DNA of 63,960 bases, filler included, from Ionaspis alba (Eukaryota), in assembly GCA_964255285.1 (NCBI GenBank). It is 9 parts of 9 records of this genome, joined end to end, with 100 filler letters (N's around TTAATTAATTAA, not from the genome) between each part and the next. Parts side by side here need not be neighbours in the genome. Positions count along the whole stretch, not along the records: positions 7,148 to 14,193 come from CAXUUL010000862.1; positions 14,294 to 21,339 come from CAXUUL010000863.1; positions 21,440 to 28,475 come from CAXUUL010000864.1; 6 more parts are not named here. The stretch is one strand, 5' to 3'. This document shows, one piece after another, positions 11,011 through 22,978 of this stretch. How positions within the stretch are numbered: the first letter of the stretch is position 1; the number at the start of each line of letters is the position of its first letter. A program made the position numbers and the translations under genes. The notes under the pieces were generated by a model. That model was given only the letters and a program-made list of their open reading frames with translations, searched no databases and was not told the DNA's origin.

Positions 11011-13577
11011 TGTATTCATCTGTACAAATTCTCTATATATTTGCGAAGACTTGGCGAGCTTTGTACTGTACGCATTTCTGAATCCAGCAGTCTGTACCAA
11101 GGTAGAATGCACGTAATCAACAATTCATGAGTCGCAGCACAGTCTTACTATCTACATAGAGGTACAGGTATGGTCTTAGAGGTCGAGAAGCACTGATGGC
11201 TGTCACAGGTCTCTGATCCAGAACCCATCGCTACCAATAGCTTCTCGTTGATCATGATCCTTTCCGGTGTTTGCCGTTTGTCTAATTGCCCGAGCTAGAT
11301 GATTCTTCTTGACGCAGCTGCATATGCTCCCGCGAGAGGAATAATAAAAATTCAAGTATTAGCAATCATCTATGCAACTCGCTATTATAGACAGTCTTTT
11401 CTTGGTTACGACTGACACGAAGAGAGCCTACTTATGCTCGACCCGTTTCCTGAATGTTAGATAGGAGTGTGGTTGATCCTTCAGGTCGTTGCTGGCCTTC
11501 GTGAGGTAGTACAGTATCCATTCCCCGGCTGCTGGTGATCGGCATTAAGGAAGGCGGTCCCTTTGGCTCTCCAAATGCAACAGACGGTCCTATCTGCTTT
11601 AAAGATCCACTCACATACAACTTCAACCCTTGCAACGATGTAGGTATTGCGAATATGGGTTGGCAAGGAGCAGGTGGTTTTTGTGGTGACTGCTTAGCCT
11701 CGCATTGACCTTCATAGGTACCCAAGATTGGCTTGGTCAGCTGTACAAGAATCGAAGATTTATACATGATAAATATCGAATTGAAATGCTGGCATCGTAA
11801 CTTCTCCTGGGTTACAGACTGCGCAAAAGCAACAGCTACACTGATGACCCTCGTAGCCTCGCCTGAAGGAACGACACCTTTAACAACCAAGTCAGAACAG
11901 TATCGTAATGCCCTCGAGAGCGTCGACATTTTCACTTTTCCCTCTGAATGCTTTATATTCCACTTCCACCCTAATACTCCGCTCTTCGAGCATTGTACAA
12001 CAAGGTGCCTTTTGCGAGCGTTCACAGCTGTCAAGCCAAACAAAGATACCAATGAACAATGCCGCCATTTTCATACCTCGATCCAGGGCTCTAGCATATC
12101 TCGGCACACCTGCTCAACAGATGAACAATCGTACGTCCATGAGCTCTATCCGCGCACAAACCCTGTAACACTAGTAGGTTTTCTGTCCCAATGTTCATGA
12201 GATGATTAGATGCCGTGCATTGAGGGGCATTCTTGGCAAATGCTTCCCGACAACGACAGGACAGCGGTTGCACCAAGTCTCTATATTCCACCATTCAATC
12301 TCAAGTCAAGGCCAGCAGGCCGAATCCACTAGCCAATAAGTCCATAGCTATGATTAGATGCTGCCAGCCTCCCCGGACTTGCCTTCTACATCAAGCGCTC
12401 AACTCGGCCATGGATGACCCGTTCGGGTTCTCTAGTCGCGGGGACCTCAGCTCCAGAGATACCCTAGAATGGCAACACACCGGCAGCATCTTGGCATGAA
12501 GGTATACTTCCGGATGACTTCCAGAATGTGGAATCCCTGCTGCGAGCACTTTAATTAGCACAAGCCCTACTTGGTGGGACGCCACTTGTTTCCTAACGTC
12601 CGAATCTCATTGGTTCATTGTTTCATCCCCGGATTCTAGGAATCTGGACATCGTATTAGTGCAGCTGCGCCAGTAACCTCCGGCAGGGATGAGTGCATTG
12701 TAGCCGCGACTAGCCAATCCGCTGCCGCTATCAACCGACGAGTCAAATCGCACGTTCGATGGTGTCCTTCCATACACGACCTTGGTCGATCATTGCGGTA
12801 CTAAATGTAGTGGGCCCGATAGCCTGGCATCATGTCAAGGGAAAGGCTTCATCATTGCTTTCGCTTGAGGTTCTTTCCGCGCCAGGGACCATACTGTCCT
12901 TAGAGTGAGCTACTGTGCCTTGGTCATGACTTCGGTCACCTGGATAAGCTGGAACCTGGACGATGGGTGGACGATGGAGTCGAGGGATTCGGATCTTGGC
13001 TCTGTTGCGGCTGACTGCTGCGCTTCTTGGGATGACGAGTCGTTACCGGTGGCGTGGGGCTCTTCTGTTGTATGACCCGACCTGCTTCTTTGCAGCCTGC
13101 ATTCTCTTATCGTCGAGTATAATTGGAATCCTGTAAAGCAAGATGCTGGATATCCATCGATCGTCTCTATGTTGCTCCTGCAATCCTCTATCATACTCTG
13201 CTCCGTGATGTCTTGTCTATGGAGAAAATGTGTTCAGACGCCTTGGGATTTATTTCTGGGACATTGGTATATTTAATGTCTTCCTACTATCCATACTCCG
13301 ATAGATTGCTCAATGAAACCGGCTATCTCCTTACTCAGAACACCTGTTTTCAGTCCTCTTGTGTATTCCGTGTCCCAGGTTTGACATGAGGTTAAAAATT
13401 CTGCTCTGCGTTGCCTGCAGGCTTCATGTATCTGCACCTATGAATTCCACAACACCAAAGCACCCCTTGCCCAACCCACCCTTAACATCACGAGTATCTT
13501 TGTTACCTACTCCCGTTGTATCACCCGAGTTAGTCTCCAAAACCATCATCACTGCCACAGATGCTACAAGCATCAAA

Positions 13578-14193
13578 ATGGTTTATATTTGGGGACCCGC
13601 AACCATCTCCCTCGCTCCGACGATTGCAGACTTCACTCTCGAAGGCCTGTCCATCAGTCAACTACACACCAACCATGTCAAAGTAGAGAATCAAACTCTT
13701 ACCACCAACGCGGCTCCCGTGACTCTCTCTAGCGGCCACGACTGGGCACAGCAGTCCATTTCCTTGGGTCTAGAGGCCTTGGTACTGGGTGGCAGGACAT
13801 CGTCCAACACATACCCGCCACGAGTCTTGACAACTATAGAAACAGCAACCGCGACTGATGCGCTTGGACTTGGGAACATTGCTGTTGTGGTCAACACAAC
13901 CACCGAGTCACAGTCAAAGGACTCGCGGAGAATGGCTATGACGGGGACAGCGGTGACAGCCGGCCTGACAGCGACAGTGGTCTCGCCAACCCAGATACTT
14001 GGCCCAGACACAGCGAGCCAGGCAGGAGTGACAACCAGGACCACTATCAGCTCCACAAACTGCAGCCAGGGAACGGCGATCAGCAAAACCACGACAACCA
14101 CAATTGCCCCCACGATCCCGAGTAAGAAACCAGCGACAAGAAACACTACAGCGAGTTCCATAGTATTGTGTCCGTCAACAGCCACAACTAAAG
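13578..14193 (+). CDS. Thr-rich, probable cell-surface protein, 3' truncated at contig end; start uncertain
   Basis: Open frame rich in T/S/A, with TLTT...VTLS...SISLG...LVLGG, a pattern typical of fungal cell-wall proteins. Confidence 0.4.
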
Positions 14194-14398
14194 NNNNNNN
14201 NNNNNNNNNNNNNNNNNNNNNNNNNNNNNNNNNNNNNTTAATTAATTAANNNNNNNNNNNNNNNNNNNNNNNNNNNNNNNNNNNNNNNNNNNNTCAAGCC
14301 ATGCAACCACGACCAAGACGCCCAGACAAAATATCCCTCAAAATGCACAAATCGAAAAGTCATGGATATCATATCACGACAACTTTCTTCCAAACGCC

Positions 14399-15543
14399 CT
14401 ACTGATATGCCGGAATCCCATACCCACTACCCATCGGCTGTTGCTGCTGCTGCTGCTGCATTTGATGCGCCTGCTGTTGCTGCTGTTGCATCTGCTGCGC
14501 CTGGGCCTGGACCTGGGCCTGCTGTCTCAACTGGCCCAAATCCGCAAACCAGGGATGCTTCAGGGCATCCTTAGCACTAACCCTCATCTCCGGTCTCAGC
14601 TGTAGCATTCTGCCCAGTAGATCCAAACCCTGCTGATCGATCTGCGGCAAGATCAAGCGCAAGTCCTGGGTAGCGTAGATATGGAAGTTATTTTTATACT
14701 CGGGAAATTGGGAAATGCCCGGCCAGGAGCGCTCGGAGGGGGTGCCCATGAGACGGAAGATTTTCTGGAGCTCGTCTTCGTTGGTTGTGCCGGGGAAGAG
14801 CGGGCGGCCGGTGTACATTTCTGCCATGATGCATCCCGCGGACCAGATGTCGATGCTGGTGTTGTAGGTGCGGCTGCCGAGGAGGACGTCAGGGGCTCGG
14901 TACCAGAGGGTGACGACTTCGTTGGAGAAAGTGTTGACAGGAATGCCGAAAGCGCGGGCGAGACCGAAGTCGGCGAGTTTGAGCTGACCTTTGTTATTGA
15001 TGAGTAAGTTCTGCGGTTTCAGATCACGGTGCAGGACGCGGTTTTCGTGGCAAAAGGCAATACCCTGGAGGAGCTGGTACATGAAGGATTTGATGGTGAT
15101 GTAGTCGAGTTGACCGCGGTCTCCACGGGAGTCCATGTATTTCTTGAGGTCTTTGTCCATGTATTCGAAGACGAGCATGAGTTTGTTTTCGGTGTGGATG
15201 ACGTCGTGGAGGGAGACGATGTTTTCGTGTTTGAGCTCTTTCATGAGGGAGATCTCGCGGATGGCGGTGGAGGGTGTGCCTTCTTCCGAGTCGAGGTGGA
15301 TCTCTTTGAGGGCAACTAGTTCGCCAGTTTGGCGATTGCGGCCTTTGAAGACCTAGAGGGACGCGAAGTTAGTTAGGTGGATGTGGGGCTTGGTATTTGT
15401 AGGGGGTGTGGAAATTTACGGTTGCATAAGTGCCTTCTCCTAGCTGGGGTAAACGTTAGCATCCGTCTCCACTAAAAAGATATATGGCGCAATTAAAATA
15501 CCTTCTCGAGCTGCTGGAACGAGCTGGGATGTTTTCTATCCAT
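14399..15543 (-). CDS. PHO85: Pho85/PhoA cyclin-dependent kinase; exons 15543-15502, 15443-15420, 15352-14399; poly-Gln C-terminal tail
   Basis: [69 protein letters not shown]. Confidence 0.96.
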
Positions 15544-16764
15544 TGTATTTCCTCCGACGAAGAGCTCTCCCGCCGGTGTCTGTACAACTTTTGCTTGAGT
15601 TTCAGAGTATCTTTTCCACTTCGCTTCTGGTTCCTTCTGTTTCGGTGGCTGGTCGAGGAGCGATGGACTATCTGTGCTATTTATGACAGCTTCGACAAGC
15701 TCGGCAAACGTGTTCGGGGAGAATCGTAGTGTTTCTTCCGGTGGCTGTAGATGAGGAGGTTGTTCAGGTCCGTAGAGAGGCTGTTGTATCTGCTGTATCT
15801 GCTGTTGCTGCTGTTGTAGCTGTTGCTGCTGCTGTTGAAAAAAAGGGCCGTAGACTGGGTCTTGGAATTGGTGCTGTTGCTGAGTAGTATTGCCAATAGC
15901 TTGAGAAGTTGAAGGCTGCAGTGGCGGGTTTGGCTGAAAGTAAGGTCCAGGGGCTACAGTCTGCTGATTACACTGTAGTGGATACTGTGATGGCTGTAGC
16001 CCTGCAGGAATTGGGACAAGATAGCCGAGCGTCGGTTTTTGTTGCGATTGTTGCTGCCCAGGAGCGGGAGCAAGGTATCCCAAGATTGGCTGCAGCTGCT
16101 GTTGCGGTGGTGGTGGTGGTGTTCGGGCGATAGGTGAGATGGGTCTGGAATAGGAACACTGTGGTGGTGGTGTTCGGGCGATGGGTGAGATGGGCCTGGA
16201 ATAGGAATCCTGCGGTAGCGGTTGAAATGGCTCAACGGGTTCGGAGCCGATCCCTAGATATTGGACTTCGTCAAAGAGCTCCTGCCATAAAATATCTGGG
16301 TCTACAGTCAGACTCTGCTCCCACTGTGGCTCCTGTTCCTGAGCAGCGAGAGTTTCTTGTAGTGCTTGTTGTGCTTGTTTTTCCTTGGCGGTAGGCTTCT
16401 TGAGGAGGACTTCGTGTTTGTACCGATACTCCCGAATAAATCTCTCGAGTTCTGGGTTCTCTATTTGCTTCTGGGTCTGATCACCAAAGCTGAAGAACCG
16501 ATTCCACCCTTGCTGCTGCTGCTGGTGGGTAGAGTCTCCGGTGATCGGATATTGCGTTTGTTGTTGTTGCTGCTGAGAATGAGGAGGGATACAAGGACCG
16601 AAAAGTGGGTTATGCTGGGATTGTTGCAGCGGCTGGTTTCCTAAGTCCGATTGACGGTAGCCTACCGGGACACCAAGTTCGTGTCGAGGAACGATGATGC
16701 GTGACTGTTGATCGAGACTCTGACTTGAGGAAGGTTTAGCTTGCGACTTGGAAGAGTCTCGTGA
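15544..16764 (-). CDS. Putative 407-codon Gln/Pro-rich N-terminal extension in frame with PHO85, with no in-frame ATG
   Basis: No stop between TAA at 16767-16765 and the PHO85 ATG at 15543. A 51-nt-period duplication differs only at synonymous sites in this frame. Confidence 0.6.
16111..16207 (-). repeat. Two-copy 51-nt-period direct repeat encoding SYSRPISPIARTPPP
   Basis: Copies at 16111-16156 and 16162-16207. Differences are CCT/CCC (Pro) and AGA/AGG (Arg). Confidence 0.9.
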
Positions 16765-18687
16765 TTATTGGAAATAGAGAACCTTGGATGTGGATACTGT
16801 TGCTGGCTAGGTGGTGGTGGAGGTCCATGGTGTGGATCCATTTTCGCTTTGGCGCGGGGCACTGTTTCGTCTTAGGCGGGCGCTTCGCCTTAGCGAAGGG
16901 CCGGCCGAGCGCGTTTGATTGGATTGAAAGCTTAGAATAATCTGATTGGCTAATATATTGGAGCTGGTAAATTCGATGCTGATGGGGCTTGTTGCTACGT
17001 GCGTAGAGATGTTCCGTGGTAGAGATGTCAGTTGAAGCTGAAAATAGAGACGATAGTTAGGATTCGACATCATGGGAGATTGAGTAGGAAAAGTAATGCT
17101 CTGGTTTCCCATGGCTACCTCGAAGATGGCCGTTCCTGCCATCTGGTTCGATTGTCAGTTGCATGGATCTATCCACAGTACGGTAGGAAACAACGTTCCG
17201 CTGTGAATGATCAAAGTGAAAATAATGATTGTACGAGTAAAATTGCCCCTCATTAATCGCAAGTCCCCCGGTACCATGACTAACCACCGTGTCCCGGTCT
17301 ATGTACTTTGTGCAAATGACCCCACTTCTTGGTTGGGTACGTACTACTGCGTTACCGAGGGCAGGGGATAGCGGGACGTACCTCCGCTCTCTCCAAGACT
17401 CTCTCTATCAACGTCCTTGACCGGCTTCAATCAGTAGCCGGGTCCCGGGTTGGTTGTGCATACCACCTACCATCGAGATGTTGCACAAACATGGGGCGGG
17501 TCCAGTGCGTTCCATGGACTTTATACCTTGTAAGGCGACGACAGCCTACATCTCGGTAATACGTAACCCTGCGTTGTCAAAAGACGCATGTCATCGACCA
17601 CGAAGTCGATGTCTACCGGAGACCGCCGATTTGATCGCTATCTCACCTTCACTTCATCTCATTACGCACCGAATGCAACGTTTCGAGAATAGAACAGGCG
17701 AGATCGACGCCCCCGGCGATGACGGCAACGTCAATGCATGCCCGTGTGGGTGCAACTCTTGTCGATGGCGTGGTCCCTCGACTCGGGCATTCTGTGGATG
17801 ATCGAGATGGTGGCGGCGGTGATTGGTGTTGAGGGTGTGCTTGGGAGAGAGGGCTGAGCTAGCAAAGCTTCTAGAATGAATAGAACACTTTAGAACGAAT
17901 TTCTCTTCCACGCTAGAAGAAAAAAATCCCGATGACGACACGCAGGGATGCGGCGGCACCAAGAAGGGAATAGCGGGGAGGAAATTCTTGCAATCATGCT
18001 TTTCGAAGGATTCGGTTGTTGGGGTGGAAAACACTGCTGGGCTGAGACCAATAACCGCCCTTGGGAAGACCCTGCCGAAGCCCCTCCCTGGGGGAAATGC
18101 CTTCACATGAGTGCCGGACCCCTAAACCATCCAAACCCACCTGGAACTATCAAATTGCTCAACGAGTACCGACCGCCTAATCCCACTGGGGCAACAACGC
18201 AGGCGAGAAACGCACCTGGATCGCTCGGGCCACTCGACACCANNNNNNNNNNNNNNNNNNNNNNNNNNNNNNNNNNNNNNNNNNNNNNNNNNNNNNNNNN
18301 NNNNNNNNNNNNNNNNNNNNNNNNNNNNNNNNNNNNNNNNNNACCGTACCTTGTGGGTATGCAAGCCACGGACGTGGTTTTGGCATGTCGTTGAAAGACA
18401 CCCATGTCCATGGGCGCAGCCAGATGAACGCCATCGCCTCTGACAGTAGCAACCTTTAGGGCTCGGTACCATGCCTTCGCTCTCAAGGTTCGTCAACCCT
18501 GGCAGTTGTAGATTTTCAGTCGCGAAGGTTTCTGCTATCTATCTGTGTTCCTGCATACTTAATTGGAAACCATGTCGTATCATCTATCATGCTTGCAATC
18601 TGAGCGTTTTATCTCTCGCATTCATATCACCAGTCCTTTCCCCGGTGGTATGTCGGACCTTCTCGCTCTGTTGCCATCCCAAGAAGC

Positions 18688-20584
18688 ATGCTGTCTTCCA
18701 CCAAGAGAGCCTGTGACGCCTGCCATCGACGAAAGGTCCGTCTCCTGCCGTTGTTACACGCTCTGCGCATTACTCCTAGATAGTACCTGAAGCTAATCTT
18801 CTTCCTCACGCCGGAATTAGGTCCGTTGCAATGGATCCCACCCGTGTCATAACTGTACCCAAGCTTCCCTCGCCTGTACTTACAACAAGCCCCCCCAGAA
18901 GAAGGGTCCCAAAGGCAGTCGGGCCAAAGTCATCTCGGAGCTCCGGAAGAGTCAGGAGATCACGGGCGTCTCTGTGTCGCCAACCCTCCAAAATGGCATT
19001 GCTGCATCCGAATCGCCGTTGTCCTCTCCGGTGTCATGGAAGACCCCGAATCTACTCTCTTCCGAGCTCATCGAGAACTGTTTGACGTATTTCTTCGAGA
19101 ATTTGTACCCTACCATGCCCATCTTACACCGAACTCAGACCCAACAATGCGTTCTAGAGATGGAATTCTCGGTGGAGGCCTACTGCCTCATTTGCTCGCT
19201 ATGCGCTTTCATCGTCATTCACCCAGGTCTTCACACTGTCGCGCAACGAGGTAAAGCAGCCAATTCTTTCCATCCCCATGGACAACGTCTGCTCGAGGAG
19301 GCGATACATGTACGAAAGTGTTATGACCACGTTGAGAATCACTCCGTGCTCGCAGTCACTACCTCGTTTTTCTTGTCGGCAACCTACGCAGGAATGACAA
19401 AACACAATGCCGCCTGGTTTCATCTCCGCGAAGCAATCACCTTGGCCCAGCTATTGGGTATGCAGAGTGAGAGCAGCTACACTCCGCTTGACCTAGAAAG
19501 TACGATGAGACGGCGAATGTTCTGGATGCTGTTTATGTATGAGAGGTAATGCTCCATCGTTTCGCCCTATGTGATCTCATCAGTTCGCTGAACTTCGAAC
19601 AGAGGATACGCGCTGCACCAACATCGCCCTTTGAGCCTCCAACCAACAATCGAGTATCCGGTCCCCGAAGAAGAAGAAGCCAGTGAAATCGTTGCTATCA
19701 CAGGGTTTCGATATCTCTTGATTCTTTTCAGCGTCGTGGACAATGAATTTGCCAGAGTATGGAATACAAACCGACAAGATTGTGCACCAGGCTGGCTTAC
19801 GGAGGTTCAACATCGGCTGACGGACGCATTTCCTCAAGAGTTAGGATGCACAGATATTCAAGAGACGGATCTTCGAATTACACAACAGTGGCTTCGTTCG
19901 ATCGTTTGGCAGCTATCCACGGCCAGCGGATGTCTTTCTTCTTCGACACCCGACCTTTTCATGAGTTTTCGGTATCCCATCGAAATCGCGAGAGAAGTCG
20001 TCGCTATTGCTACCAAATCCTCACACCACGCGATGGAAATACATGGAGTTGGCCTGGTAATATCCTCTATCCTATTAAAGAAGAGCATCACTGATCCATG
20101 AATCTAGATCGAGAAATTGTTCGACATCGCTTGCAGCCTTGTTGACGTTATGTCCTGCGTCCCAATTCAACCTGCCACGTCCGAACCAGGGCCTCAAGAA
20201 TACCTCACCCATTTTCTTCATTTGATATCTACTCTACGATCCGGAGAAACCAGATATGTCGGTCTCTTGCAGGCCAAGATACGAGACACCCTTCCAGGAA
20301 TGGCTTCATCGTTCGCAATACCACCTTCGTTAACCCATTCCGTTGACCATTCACATTCCACTTCTTACAGCTCCGGGTCTTCCAACTCAACTCCATACAA
20401 CAGCCCCCCACTACTGATAACTAGTCCACATCGATTTCCAGTGATTCACGATGGTATACACGACCACCACGCACTTCCAGACATTACGAGCGTTCCAACA
20501 ACCATGAGTCCTGCAAGCATGCTCCCCGTGTCCGGACCACCGGGATATCCAATGTCACTTACGAACGGTTATTTCCAGGATTGA
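18688..20584 (+). CDS. Zn(II)2Cys6 transcription factor with fungal TF middle homology region (MalR/SUC1-like), three introns; an extra 5' exon is possible
   Basis: KRACDACHRRK|VRCNGSHPCHNCTQASLACTY...KKGPKG; FF..LYPTMPILH; AWFHLREAITLAQLLGM; RRRMFWMLFMYER; MEIHGVGL|IEKLFDIA. Confidence 0.92.
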
Positions 20585-21439
20585 AACAAGCGATCGGGAC
20601 ATACTTTAGGGAATGAACATAACAATACGGGCCATTTTTCTCTTCTTTTCTTTCCTCTAGGATGAGCAGACGCCGGAGTTTCTTCAACCATTGTTGTTTT
20701 TTGGGTACTACGCATTTATTCCCACGGTTCTGCATTTGAAAACGCTTGGTCGCACGGTCCCTCCAACCCATTCCCAGAAATCTTGTTGCATACCCTCATT
20801 TGAACTTTTCGCATCACGATGATACCCATTAGCAAGTACAAATGTACATATGTACATATCCATGCATGAGCAAATACTTTGAGCATTGACCCGCACTGAA
20901 TTCACATGCACGAGAACCGGTTCTAACTTACGCTATCCATATGTGATCTTCCCTTGAGAAACAGATGTTCGGCCCACACTACAAATTCGGAGTTGGAATC
21001 TATGGTCGTGGTTAGAGCTGGATATGGTAGAGAGGGATGTGACTTTGTGTCACCGGGCATGAGCTGCGATCTGTCGATAAATCCAGATTCATCTACCAAG
21101 AACATCATGAAGCCTAACATATGCTGGATCCCCTTAACACAATATACCAGAAATAGCTAATCGAGAGAATACAGTGGGTACAACTCGATCCATAATAAGC
21201 AACGTCCAAGTATTTCGCTAACCCTCTCGCTCGTCCTCGAAACCGCATCTCTACGAGATCAGATGAGTCATCATACCGTTTCTTTAGGCAAAATTCCTCG
21301 TTAGGATGGACATTTTCGAAAGCGACAGATGTGCATGCTNNNNNNNNNNNNNNNNNNNNNNNNNNNNNNNNNNNNNNNNNNNNTTAATTAATTAANNNNN
21401 NNNNNNNNNNNNNNNNNNNNNNNNNNNNNNNNNNNNNNN

Positions 21440-21820
21440 CTCGTCGGGGTTCTCGACGGGTGAGGGTCCGGCGAATTCGTTGAGGTTGTCGTAATATTCT
21501 GGAAAGGTGTAGTCCTCATCTTCGGTTCCGGGTTTTGAGGCGGATGGTGTAAGGTTGGTAAAAGGGCCATCTTGACTAGAGGGTTGGGACGGACAGATTG
21601 AACGGCCCGGACTTGGACGATTGGCGATAGTGTCTTGGTTTCCGGTTCTGGAGCTCCCACGTCTACTTCCTCGTTTGCTCCGGGATACCTCTAAGGACTC
21701 ATGGCAGTGATATTTTTGTTCGTTTGGGTTTTCGACCGGCGATGGACCGGCGAATTCGTTGAGGTTGTCGTAAGTGTCTGAAAATGTATATTCGTCATCT
21801 TTGTCGTCTTTGGCAGCCAT
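21440..21820 (-). CDS. Orphan acidic protein with repeated YDNLNEFAGPSPVENP peptide, 3' truncated
   Basis: Two copies 93 aa apart with identical peptide core but many third-position differences. Confidence 0.6.
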
Positions 21821-22106
21821 CCGTCATTGTCTGAGTCGAGCCATAGTTTCTATAGAAATGCTCGGAATAATGGAGGTCGAGCATATTAACATCACCCTCG
21901 ACCCCACGAATTCGATACTTGCCGTTGTTCCGCAGTGACTGATAACGGTCCGCCACAGCCGTTATCAAGCTAGGCCGAATTGGTACAGCTCTCGCTTTGT
22001 CGCGGCTTTGGTACCAGAGCTGCCAAAACAATCCTCATTCCATTGACACCACACCTCGTACGATCTATGCTGGCATACTAAAACATCACATCCACATCGT
22101 CAGCTG

Positions 22107-22978
22107 ATGGCGCCGTCCAATTTTGCGCCGAATATCCATGTCTCCACCCACCCCTGCCTCCGTGCGAAGCTCTCTCAGCTTCGCTCCAAAACCACCAATG
22201 CGCACGAAACAAAGAGTCTGATCTCTGATATATCAATGATTGTTGGTTGCGAAGCTTTAGCGTCAGGTTTGCAGACAGAAGATAGTGGTACGGTGAGCAT
22301 CTCATTATGCGCCGCTCCATTTTAGCGGAGTCATTCATCCCCACTCGTCATTCACCTGCCGGAGGATTGCTCCAAACGAGTAAAGCTGACAGTGTCGAGG
22401 TATACAGGATGAAACACCTCTAGGCTATACCTACACAAAGACCGCAATCAGTCCTCAGCATCTCTCTCTCGTTCCCATCCTTCGCTCGGGACTTGGCATG
22501 CTAGACGGTATGTTCTTATCCTCGGGCTTCTAAACGCCGAATCATCAGACAGCTCTTCACTGACACACCCATCTAAGCTCTGACAACCCTCCTCCCAAAG
22601 CCCGTCCCAATCCACCACCTCGGGCTCTTCCGCGAACCCACGACCCTCCAGCCCGTCGAATACTACAACAACCTCCCCTACCACTCGCAACCACCCTCCT
22701 CCACATCCTCCCCTCACCTCGCTATCCTTGTCGATCCAATAATCGCTACAGGCGGTACAGCAGTCGCTGCTATCCAGACATTGCGCGAGTGGGGCGTTTC
22801 GAAGATTCTCATGATCTGCGTGCTGGGGAGTGAGGAAGGGGTGAGGAGAGCGGCGGCGGAGTGGGAGGGTGTGGAGCTTTGGGTTGGAGGCGTGGATCCG
22901 AAGTTGGATGCCAAGGGGATGATTTGCCCGGGTGTGGGGGATGTGGGGGATCGGTTGTTTGGGACTAAGGGGAAGTGA
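22107..22978 (+). CDS. Uracil phosphoribosyltransferase (Upp-like), two introns
   Basis: HPCLRAKLSQLR, LVPILRSGLGM, GLFREPTTLQPVEYYNNLP, PRPP-binding ILVDPIIATGGT, and C-terminal PGVGDVGDRLFGTK. Confidence 0.93.

Noticed and set aside
11432..13400. Overlapping medium ORFs on both strands
   Set aside because: No recognisable motif, and no consistent exon structure could be built.
13691..14185. Hydrophobic membrane-protein-like ORF on the minus strand
   Set aside because: Antisense shadow of Thr-rich ACN codons on the plus strand.
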